51,987 bases of DNA, from the NCBI GenBank assembly GCA_947372495.1, contig CANBTZ010000001.1, positions 1 to 51,987 of the forward strand, read 5' to 3'. The DNA is from Comamonadaceae bacterium. Its GTDB lineage: Bacteria; Pseudomonadota; Gammaproteobacteria; Burkholderiales; Burkholderiaceae_C. This document shows positions 19,339 through 26,445 of this stretch, in pieces. Each line of letters opens with the position of its first letter. The first letter of the stretch is position 1. The position numbers and the translations under genes are program-made. Under the pieces are notes generated by a model. That model made no database searches. It worked only from the letters and a program-made list of their open reading frames with translations, and was not told where the DNA came from.

Positions 19339-20423
19339 TCACCCTTTTGCAAGAGCGCGATCAAAGAGGCCAAGCCCGTGACGGCGACGCGGCTTTGGGC
19401 TGGCAGGGTGGCCTGAACCACCGATTGATCGTCGTTGCTCGACTGCACGCGCACCGCGGTGGGCTGGAACCCCTTGGGGGTGGCCACAAACAACCACGAC
19501 TGCCCCCGCTGCGAGACCACAGCGCGAGCCGGGACTTGCCACAGCGTGCCCGCATCGTTGGGGGGCGTGGGGTGCAATTGCACAGACAGCACCTCGCCAG
19601 CGCGCAGGCTGCCGGGCACGGTCACGCGGGCACGCGCTTTGGCTTGCTGCGTGGCGTCCACCCCGCGGCTGATGCCGACCAACACCCCTTTGGCATCGCG
19701 AGACGGCACCGACACGGCATCGCCTGTCTTGAGCTGCGCGGCCTTCTCGGGCGAGAGGACCAGGTCCAGTTGCAGCTGGCGGGTGTCGGCCACCCGGAAC
19801 AGCACCGCGCCCGTGTCGACGCGCTGGCCCACCGAGACGGCCACATCCACCACCGACCCGGCCAAGGGCGAGCGCAGGGTGGCGCTGGCGTAGTCGCCCG
19901 ATGCCGCGCCAGTGCCCGCTGAACGCAGCTCGGCTTCACGCGCCAGCCGTGCGGCCTCTGCGGCTTGGAATTTGTTTTGGCTCAGTTGCAGGCGTGCTGC
20001 CGGAATGACGCCCTCGGCCAGCAAGGCCTGGTCACGTTGCAATGCCGCTTGGGCCGTTTGCGCCTCCAGCTGGGCTTCGCGGGTTTGGCGGCGGGCGTCG
20101 GCCAGCACTGGACTGCTCCATGTGGCGAGCGCCGCGCCCGCTTGCACCTTGTCACCCAGGCCTGCGTCGATGCGGGTGATCACGCCGGGGTAAGGCGCTG
20201 TCACGGTGACCTCTTTGCCTGGCGGCACAGTGACCGTGGCCGAGGCCAGCCACAGACCGCCCAAAGCGGGCTGTACGGACGCCAACTGGATGCCCAGCGC
20301 CGCTTGCTGCTGGGCATCGAGCACCAGCGCTTTGACGGGCAAGGGCGTTGCAGGCGCTTGCGCGAAGGCCTGCAGTTGAGAAAAAAGCACAAGGGAAGCA
20401 ACAGCTGTGAGCAGTCTGGACAT
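19335..20423 (-). CDS. RND periplasmic adaptor (MFP, CzcB-like)
   Basis: Lipoyl-like TAPYPGVI...LGDKVQAG and LRSPLAGSV...VGQRV; CAGGAG RBS before ATG 20423. Confidence 0.88.
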   Translation of the reverse strand: MSRLLTAVASLVLFSQLQAFAQAPATPLPVKALVLDAQQQAALGIQLASVQPALGGLWLASATVTVPPGKEVTVTAPYPGVITRIDAGLGDKVQAGAALATWSSPVLADARRQTREAQLEAQTAQAALQRDQALLAEGVIPAARLQLSQNKFQAAEAARLAREAELRSAGTGAASGDYASATLRSPLAGSVVDVAVSVGQRVDTGAVLFRVADTRQLQLDLVLSPEKAAQLKTGDAVSVPSRDAKGVLVGISRGVDATQQAKARARVTVPGSLRAGEVLSVQLHPTPPNDAGTLWQVPARAVVSQRGQSWLFVATPKGFQPTAVRVQSSNDDQSVVQATLPAQSRVAVTGLASLIALLQKGE

Positions 20424-20495
20424 GACCGACTCCTGAAAAATAAAACACCACGCCGCCAGCCAAGGCGGTCCTGGCAGGCGCACTGGCCTGCAAAT

Positions 20496-20924
20496 TCAGA
20501 AGTTCAGTGGCGGTGCCAGCGCGGGCGGCGGCCATCCGGCCTGGTAGGTGCGTGCGGGGGGTGCCGAGGGCCACTCACGGCGCATGCGCTGGGGCGGGCA
20601 CACCAGGCTGGCCAGCAAAACCGCAGCCAGCACAGCGGTGAGGTCTCCCACGCACAGGCTTTCCTGGTCCGATTTGGGCAAGGAGGTGGCCACCCCCAAG
20701 GCGGGCGACTCGTCGTCGTTCACGCTGAAGCTGGGCAGTGCTGCGCTGGCGTCGGCGCTACCTGTGCTGATTGGGGCCAGGCTGCGCACCCCGTCCATGT
20801 GAAAGCCCGACACCACGGACGCGCCGACATGGCTGTGCAAAAACGGACCGATGGACAGCAGCCCCATGAGGAGGACCACCATGCCAAGGCTCAGTCGCTG
20901 AAAAAGACGGTTGGGGTGTTGCAC
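20496..20924 (-). CDS. Small leader protein (DUF2946/CzcI-like architecture) upstream of the RND operon
   Basis: N-terminal TM helix followed by PFLHSH; Pro-rich C-terminus PPPALAPP; GTG start 6 nt after TATAAT (20931-20936). Confidence 0.6.
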   Translation of the reverse strand: MQHPNRLFQRLSLGMVVLLMGLLSIGPFLHSHVGASVVSGFHMDGVRSLAPISTGSADASAALPSFSVNDDESPALGVATSLPKSDQESLCVGDLTAVLAAVLLASLVCPPQRMRREWPSAPPARTYQAGWPPPALAPPLNF

Positions 20925-21107
20925 GGGTTCATTATAGGAACCGGCCTGTGACGCAGGCGTGTCTGCCTTTGGACTGCCCCAGGCCCACGCACCGGAGGCC
21001 CCCATGAATTCGAAATCACCTTGTGAAGCGATGGCCCTTATGGCCGAATTGGGTCTGGAAAACACAGATACCCGAAGCATTCGATGTATTTACTGGGGGT
21101 ACAATAA

Positions 21108-21250
21108 ATGGAGATCGAGTTTGACAGCGACAAGCGCGACAAAACGCTGCTGGAACGTGGTTTGGACTTCGCGGCGAGGTGCGCCGCATCATCAGCATGA
21201 GGAAAGCCAATGACCGCGAAAAAAAGCTCTACGCCCGCTACGTGGACTGA
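21108..21250 (+). pseudogene. brnT: BrnT toxin pseudogene (internal deletion plus frameshift)
   Basis: MEIEFDSDKRDKTLLERGLDF in one frame joins RGEVRRIISMRKANDREKKLYARYVD* in another frame at about 21170. Confidence 0.88.
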
Positions 21251-21479
21251 CCCCGACGACGCACCTGAACTGACGGCTGAATTTTTCAAGGCCGCTGACC
21301 TGTATGAGGGGACCAAACTCAAAACCCGAGGCCGCCCCAAAGCGGCCACAACAAAAGAGCCTGTCAAGCTGCGTCTGGACGCCGATGTGCTGGCGGCATT
21401 GCGGGCCAGCGGCGAAGGCTGGCAGACCCGCATCAACGACACCCTGCGGGCAGCACTGAGCCTAGCGGGCCGGGTTTGA
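21210..21479 (+). CDS. brnA: BrnA antitoxin
   Basis: WTDPDDAPELT, RGRPK, KEPVKLRLDADVL, GEGWQTRINDTLR; overlaps the brnT 3' end as in brnTA operons. Confidence 0.93.
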   Translation: MTAKKSSTPATWTDPDDAPELTAEFFKAADLYEGTKLKTRGRPKAATTKEPVKLRLDADVLAALRASGEGWQTRINDTLRAALSLAGRV

Positions 21480-21511
21480 CTCACACCGCCAAACAGTTGC
21501 AGGGTGTTTTG

Positions 21512-21531
21512 TGAACTCGGGGCCGAGTTCA
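21512..21531. terminator. Hairpin between convergent brnA and parE/relE
   Basis: TGAACTCGG-GG-CCGAGTTCA inverted repeat. Confidence 0.5.
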
Positions 21532-21849
21532 GCGCCTGAACAGCCGCTTGAGCAGCAGGGCCTGAAAGTCCTGGGTTTGCCCTGCGACCGCATACACAAA
21601 CGTGGTGCCGTTCACTTGGCGATAGAGCACGCGGTGATGCGAGGTCAGGATAGTTCTGTAGTCGGTGATGCCCACGTCGGCCAGCAGGGCCACCACAGGG
21701 CCGGTGATGAAGCCCGAATACACCTGGGCGAGTTGGGCAAAGATGTCGTCTTCTGCGGCCAGCCAAAGCTCGTTGTTCCAGCGCTGCAGCATGTAGTCTT
21801 GCAGTTCCAGCAAGTCCGCTTGCGCGTCCGGCAGGATGACGATGGCCAT
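21529..21849 (-). CDS. RelE/ParE-family type II toxin
   Basis: IVILPDAQADLLELQDY, YRTILTSHHRVLYR and QDFQALLLKRL; 106 aa, directly downstream of the antitoxin. Confidence 0.85.
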   Translation of the reverse strand: MAIVILPDAQADLLELQDYMLQRWNNELWLAAEDDIFAQLAQVYSGFITGPVVALLADVGITDYRTILTSHHRVLYRQVNGTTFVYAVAGQTQDFQALLLKRLFRR

Positions 21850-21853
21850 GGCT

Positions 21854-22129
21854 TCAGCGGCTCTGGCGTCGTTGGGCCAGCTGGGCGCGGGACTCCTGCA
21901 CACTCAGCCCGTGGCCTGCCTGTCGGTCTTTTTCGCCCAGGGCCAGCAGTTTGAGCAAGGCGATCAGATCCTCTTTTTCTTGAAACCGCTGCACGCTTTC
22001 AATCATCATGCGGGCTTCGCCGTTCTGGGTGATGATGAACGGAGCGCCTGTGGCCGCGACTTCTTCCGAAATTTGGGCGGCATGGCTCTTGAGGTAAGAA
22101 ATGGATCGGATGTGGTCTTGCGCCTGCAT
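21854..22129 (-). CDS. Phd/YefM-family antitoxin
   Basis: IRSISYLKSHAA...PFIITQNGEA; CAGGAG RBS. Confidence 0.9.
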   Translation of the reverse strand: MQAQDHIRSISYLKSHAAQISEEVAATGAPFIITQNGEARMMIESVQRFQEKEDLIALLKLLALGEKDRQAGHGLSVQESRAQLAQRRQSR

Positions 22130-22144
22130 GGCTTCTCCTGCGGT

Positions 22145-22179
22145 GGACTGAATTTAGTCCCGTATTTGGTTTTGGTCAA
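22145..22179 (-). promoter_or_regulatory. Sigma70 promoter of the phd-parE/relE pair, overlapped by an operator palindrome
   Basis: TTGACC-17 nt-TAAATT on the minus strand; near-perfect palindrome GGACTGAATTTAGTCC (22145-22160) covers the -10. Confidence 0.72.
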
Positions 22180-22216
22180 GTTGCAAGCACCTGCAGAAGT
22201 GCTGAAGTATGTGAGA

Positions 22217-22247
22217 AGGAAAGCCAATGACCGGGCGACTCTATGCC
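22217..22247 (+). pseudogene. Second brnT 3'-end scar
   Basis: AGGAAAGCCAATGACCG (RKANDR) is identical over 17 bp to 21200-21216; followed by CTCTATGCC versus CTCTACGCC in the first copy. Confidence 0.55.
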
Positions 22248-22449
22248 GCAAACACTCCACATTCAGCGCTGCATTCAGGTCGAGGTGCCGTTCGCACTGG
22301 CATCGGGCACGTTGGCCGCGAACCCTCGGGCATGCCCGACTGGGCGGATGTCGGCAGGGCAAATATCCTTCGGACCATTACTTTAATTGGATGATTTGTA
22401 CGCTATAGTTTTCGGATTGACGGCTGCGTGGTTTTACGTGATTTTATGC

Positions 22450-22465
22450 CTGAGTGTTTGAACAG
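22450..22465. promoter_or_regulatory. Imperfect LexA (SOS) box at the position expected for an integron-integrase promoter
   Basis: CTG-N10-CAG; reads CTGTTCAAACACTCAG on the minus strand. Confidence 0.4.
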
Positions 22466-22520
22466 CTCTGTGCCTGCAAGCTAGGCAGAGAGCCAGTTTG
22501 AGGTGGAATCCGTGTCCAGC

Positions 22521-22557
22521 TTATCCCGCAGGGTCTGCGGGATAAATTACGTTAAGC
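22521..22557 (+). other. attI-like integron recombination site
   Basis: Core G/TTAAGC (22551-22557, fits GTTRRRY) with no attC-type left arm, preceded by perfect inverted repeat TTATCCCGCAG-GGT-CTGCGGGATAA. Confidence 0.55.
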
Positions 22558-22581
22558 GTTTAGCGCGCAGAGGAGCGAAAA

Positions 22582-22821
22582 ATGAGAACAGCGATCACGA
22601 TGATTTTCTTTGGTACTGGCTGGTTGCTTCAAATATTAGGCGGGCTAGGCATATTTGGTCTTTTCATCTATGGAATCTATGCCCTTTTTGTTGATTCCAT
22701 AATCGGCGGCTTGGTTTTCATTGGAGCATCTGTTGTCGGCGGATGGGTCATTCGTTTTGTTTCAGGGCTGCTCATGTTGGCCGGGACTGCGACAATCGGA
22801 GCCAACAATTCGGAAAACTAA
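22582..22821 (+). CDS. Small Gly-rich membrane protein (cassette 1, gene 1)
   Basis: AGGAG RBS; 79 aa, almost entirely hydrophobic. Confidence 0.7.
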   Translation: MRTAITMIFFGTGWLLQILGGLGIFGLFIYGIYALFVDSIIGGLVFIGASVVGGWVIRFVSGLLMLAGTATIGANNSEN

Positions 22822-23088
22822 ATGGAAGAAATTATTGCTTGGCTCCGGGTTGGAACAGTTGCTGGGTCTGTCATCGTGATGATCTATGGCCTCAAAAAAA
22901 TATTTGAACGACTCGAAGCAAAGCAGCAGGGCTTTGGGCCAAATACGTTAAAAGCCATCGGGGTGGTCCTATTTCTGCCAACCCTTCTGATACTCGCCGT
23001 TTTAACTGGATTCAAAACCGAAACACTCGCTGCGTTACTTGGCACCGTAGCGGGGTATGTGCTTTCAAACTCCAAGCCGGAGGAATAA
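22822..23088 (+). CDS. Small membrane protein (cassette 1, gene 2)
   Basis: TAA-ATG abutting gene 1; about 3 hydrophobic segments; LLGTVAGYVL (GxxxG); stop lies at the attC left end. Confidence 0.72.
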   Translation: MEEIIAWLRVGTVAGSVIVMIYGLKKIFERLEAKQQGFGPNTLKAIGVVLFLPTLLILAVLTGFKTETLAALLGTVAGYVLSNSKPEE

Positions 23089-23090
23089 AC

Positions 23091-23156
23091 GCAAAACAAT
23101 TTGTTGCAGCCGACTCCGCAAAAGCTTCGCTTTTGCTCAGCCGCTTGACTCAAACG
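23091..23156 (+). other. attC site 1 (degenerate, right core truncated)
   Basis: GCAAAAC-AATTTGTTGCAGCCGAC...central hairpin GCAAAAGC-TTC-GCTTTTGC...GCTTGACTCAAACG. Confidence 0.72.
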
Positions 23157-23158
23157 AC

Positions 23159-23216
23159 ACATAACACATCATTCCACCGGCCTGCGTCTGGCGGGCAGCG
23201 AATTCAAAAGTTAGGC
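23159..23216 (+). other. attC site 2 (degenerate; no ORF in front of it)
   Basis: ACATAAC-ACATCATTCCACCGG...GCGAATTCAAAA-GTTAGGC. Confidence 0.68.
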
Positions 23217-23224
23217 CTCATCAA

Positions 23225-23779
23225 ATGCCCCCCCTCGAACAGCTCCAAGCCCAGCTCTATCGGCTTGTCTACCTCAGCCGCGCAGCATGTCTGAAGCGAG
23301 CAATCGAGTCTGTTAACGCAGAGCCTCAGCTCAACTTCTGGCGCATTATTCTCGGTAGCCAATTTGATGTAGCCGTTCTTGAATGGTGTAAGGTATTTGG
23401 CGCCCATGGCGAGGAAACGCACTGGAAGAAGCTTGTGCCCGCTGCGGAGCACTCCGCATACAAAGCAGCGCTCCTCAGCGAACTTGGCTGCTCTAATGAC
23501 CAGTGGACGTCTTACTGGGAGCACATGAAGTCATATCGAGACAGCTTGGTTGCTCACCACATCGATGGACATCAGGTCGCAACATATCCTGATCTGACGC
23601 TTGCGCTAGCCTCAGCCGCCTACCACTATCTGTATCTCTTGCCGCTTATTCGTCTGGTTGACGGCGCCCGCTACCCAGATGATCTTGCAGCCTATCAAAT
23701 GGACTTTCAAGCTCTGGCAACGCAAGTCGCTGCAGCCGCCCTTGATGCGACGAAGGGCATACCTGAGTCGGTCCGCTAA
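23225..23779 (+). CDS. Cassette-encoded HEPN-motif protein (AbiU2-like), putative RNase
   Basis: All-helical 184 aa with YRDSLVAHH (Rx4-6H) and LEWCKVFG segment. Confidence 0.62.
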   Translation: MPPLEQLQAQLYRLVYLSRAACLKRAIESVNAEPQLNFWRIILGSQFDVAVLEWCKVFGAHGEETHWKKLVPAAEHSAYKAALLSELGCSNDQWTSYWEHMKSYRDSLVAHHIDGHQVATYPDLTLALASAAYHYLYLLPLIRLVDGARYPDDLAAYQMDFQALATQVAAAALDATKGIPESVR

Positions 23780-23786
23780 ATGTGAG

Positions 23787-23916
23787 GCCGAACCCCTCGC
23801 TCATGCGGAGCGCCAACGGCAGGCCACCAACTTCTGGCCGATGGTAAGCGGTACATTTTCACCGACCGGGTGCTGACGTCATGCTGTCGTCGCTCGCCTC
23901 AACTCAAACGTTAGCG
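23787..23916 (+). other. attC site 3 (long type, 130 bp, degenerate)
   Basis: GCCGAAC-CCCTCGCTCATGCGGAGCGCCAACGGCAGG...GCTCGCCTCAACTCAAAC-GTTAGCG. Confidence 0.78.
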
Positions 23917-24011
23917 CCCCTCCCACGGCCTACAAGTTCCATCGAAATAGCACAACAGTCCCAAATTGGGTGTCGTTCTAGGCGCGGTTTGGTACTTCCT
24001 ACAATCCCCCT

Positions 24012-26423
24012 ATGCCTTTCGACACATCCACGTCCCCCGATTCCCCTTTTGCACCTGCCAGCCCGTTGCTCGCCCAGCTCAACGACGAGCAGCTGCGCGC
24101 CGTCACGCTGCCCGCCGAGCATGCGCTGATCCTGGCGGGGGCGGGGTCGGGCAAGACCCGTGTGCTGACCACCCGCATCGCCTGGCTGTTGCAGACCGGG
24201 CAGGTCAGCCCGGGCGGCATTCTGGCGGTGACCTTCACCAACAAGGCGGCCAAGGAGATGGTGGTGCGCCTGTCGTCCATGCTGCCCGTGAACGTGCGCG
24301 GCATGTGGATCGGCACCTTCCACGGTTTGTGCAACCGTTTCTTGCGGGCGCATTGGCAGCTGGCGCAGTTGCCCCAGACTTTTCAGATTCTGGACACACA
24401 GGACCAGCTCTCGGCCATCAAACGCCTGTGCAAGCAGTTCAATGTGGACGAAGACCGCTTTCCGCCTAAGCAGCTGCAGTACTTCATTGCCGGCTGCAAG
24501 GAAGACGGTCACCGCGCCGCCGACGTGCCTGTGCGCGACGACGAGACCCGCCGCAAGGTTGAGATTTACCAACTCTACGAAGAGCAATGCCAGCGCGAAG
24601 GCGTGGTGGATTTTGGCGAGCTGATGCTGCGCTCGTACGAGCTGCTGCGCGACAACGCCCATGTGCGTGAGCACTACCGCCGCCGTTTCAGGCACACCCT
24701 GGTGGACGAGTTTCAGGACACCAATAAGCTGCAATACGCTTGGCTCAAGTTGCTGACGGGTCTGCCCGGCGAAGGCAGTGGTGGTGCCATCTTGGCCGTG
24801 GGCGATGACGACCAGAGCATCTACGCCTTTCGCGGCGCGCGCGTGGGCAACATGGCCGACTTTGTGCGCGAGTTCCAGGTCAAGCACCAGATCAAGCTGG
24901 AGCAAAACTACCGCAGCTACAGCAACATCCTTGACTCGGCCAACGAGCTGATCAGCCACAACAAGACCCGCTTGGGCAAAACCCTGCGCACCGACCAAGG
25001 TGCTGGCGAGCCGGTGCGGGTGGTGGAGTCGACCAGCGATTTTGCCGAGGCCCAGTGGCTGGTCGACGAGGTGCGCCAGCTGGTCAAACAAGACGATTTT
25101 GAGCGCAAGGAAATTGCGCTGCTGTACCGCAGCAACGCGCAAAGTCGGGTGCTCGAGACGGCGCTGTTCAATGCAGGATTTCCATACCGCGTGTATGGCG
25201 GTCTGCGCTTTTTCGAGCGGGCCGAGATCAAACATGCGCTGGCCTACTTGCGCCTGATGGAGAACCCCAACGACGACACCAGCTTTTTGCGGGTGGTCAA
25301 CTTTCCGCCACGGGGCATTGGGGCGCGCAGCATCGAGCAATTGCAAGATGTGGCCCGTGCTGCGGGTTGTTCGCTGCACGATGGGGTGAGCGCCACCACC
25401 GGCAAGGCCGGGGCCAATTTGGCGGCTTTTGTGGCCATGGTCGATGTGCTGCGTGAGCAGACTTCGGGCAAAACCCTGCGCGAGATCATTGACCTCGTGA
25501 TCGAAAAAACCGGGCTGGTCAACCACTACCGCGCCGAAAAAGAAGGCGCAGACCGGGTGGAGAACTTGGAAGAACTGGTCAACGCCGCCGAAAGCTTTGT
25601 CACGCAAGAAGGTTTTGGCCGCAGCGCCGTGGCCATGCCTCAGGGCAGTTCAGGATTGACGCAAAGCCCGGCCAGCCAGGGGCTGTCAGGTGACGCGACC
25701 GATGCGCCAGCCGATGAGTTCTCGGAAGACGGCGTCACCATGAGCCCCTTGGCGGCCTTTTTGACCCACGCCGCGCTGGAAGCCGGTGACAACCAAGCCC
25801 AGGCCGGTGAAGACGCGATTCAGCTCATGAGCGTGCACGCCAGCAAGGGTCTGGAGTTCGATGCGGTGTTCATCACCGGGCTCGAAGAGGGTTTGTTCCC
25901 GCATGAGAACGCGATGAACGACTTCGATGGCCTCGAAGAAGAACGCCGCCTGATGTACGTGGCCATCACCCGTGCTCGCAAGCGCCTGTACCTCAGCCAT
26001 TCGCAAACGCGCATGCTGCATGGCCAGACCCGCTACAACCTCAAAAGCCGATTTTTTGACGAGCTGCCTGAGCGCTGCCTCAAGTGGATCACACCCAAAA
26101 CCACAGGGTTTGGCACGGGCGTGGGCTCGGGCATGAACGCGGGTGGTTGGAACAACACCCCGGCGCAAACCCGCCAAGCCCGACCCGCCTGGGGCCAGAG
26201 CAGCTTGAGCACCGAAACCTACAAGAGCCCGCCTGTGCCTGTGCAAAAAGCCGCGCCCGAGCATGGCATCACCGCAGGCAAGCAGGTCTTCCACACCAAG
26301 TTCGGTGAAGGCAAGGTGCTGGCTGTTGAGGGCACGGGTGCGGACGCCCGTGCGCAGGTCAACTTCCCGCGCCACGGCGTCAAGTGGCTGGCCCTGAGTG
26401 TGGCCAAACTCACCCTGGTTTGA
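24012..26423 (+). CDS. uvrD: DNA helicase II (UvrD)
   Basis: AGAGSGKT, TFTNKAA, VDEFQDTN, VGDDDQSIY, NYRS, HASKGLEF, EERRLMYVAITRAR; C-terminal tudor-like domain. Confidence 0.96.
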   Translation: MPFDTSTSPDSPFAPASPLLAQLNDEQLRAVTLPAEHALILAGAGSGKTRVLTTRIAWLLQTGQVSPGGILAVTFTNKAAKEMVVRLSSMLPVNVRGMWIGTFHGLCNRFLRAHWQLAQLPQTFQILDTQDQLSAIKRLCKQFNVDEDRFPPKQLQYFIAGCKEDGHRAADVPVRDDETRRKVEIYQLYEEQCQREGVVDFGELMLRSYELLRDNAHVREHYRRRFRHTLVDEFQDTNKLQYAWLKLLTGLPGEGSGGAILAVGDDDQSIYAFRGARVGNMADFVREFQVKHQIKLEQNYRSYSNILDSANELISHNKTRLGKTLRTDQGAGEPVRVVESTSDFAEAQWLVDEVRQLVKQDDFERKEIALLYRSNAQSRVLETALFNAGFPYRVYGGLRFFERAEIKHALAYLRLMENPNDDTSFLRVVNFPPRGIGARSIEQLQDVARAAGCSLHDGVSATTGKAGANLAAFVAMVDVLREQTSGKTLREIIDLVIEKTGLVNHYRAEKEGADRVENLEELVNAAESFVTQEGFGRSAVAMPQGSSGLTQSPASQGLSGDATDAPADEFSEDGVTMSPLAAFLTHAALEAGDNQAQAGEDAIQLMSVHASKGLEFDAVFITGLEEGLFPHENAMNDFDGLEEERRLMYVAITRARKRLYLSHSQTRMLHGQTRYNLKSRFFDELPERCLKWITPKTTGFGTGVGSGMNAGGWNNTPAQTRQARPAWGQSSLSTETYKSPPVPVQKAAPEHGITAGKQVFHTKFGEGKVLAVEGTGADARAQVNFPRHGVKWLALSVAKLTLV

Positions 26424-26445
26424 ATTTTTCTGAAGAAAGCTCCCC

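Larger units (their letters stand above)
22521..23916 (+). mobile_element. Integron gene-cassette array lacking an intact integrase (decaying integron/CALIN)
   Basis: Three attC-like sites, same-strand promoterless ORFs, near-complementary cassette ends, visibly lower GC than the flanks. Confidence 0.82.

Noticed and set aside
20924-21080. Longer 194-aa version of the RND leader ORF
   Set aside because: The extension runs through the TATAAT promoter and the intergenic DNA. The GTG at 20924 fits better.
22279-22372. Plus-strand peptide VEVPFALA and nearby KYP resembling the IntI-specific insertion (LP.ALARKYP)
   Set aside because: The pieces are separated, very short, and on the strand opposite to the expected intI. 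Could easily be chance.
21836-22408. ORFs 21836-22408 (+) and 22006-22362 (-) as real genes
   Set aside because: They overlap the phd antitoxin and its promoter, and have no RBS or family signal apart from the RKANDR scar.
23086-23220. CRISPR or tRNA interpretation of the palindromic intergenic DNA
   Set aside because: No identical repeats with spacers and no cloverleaf. The attC features explain it.
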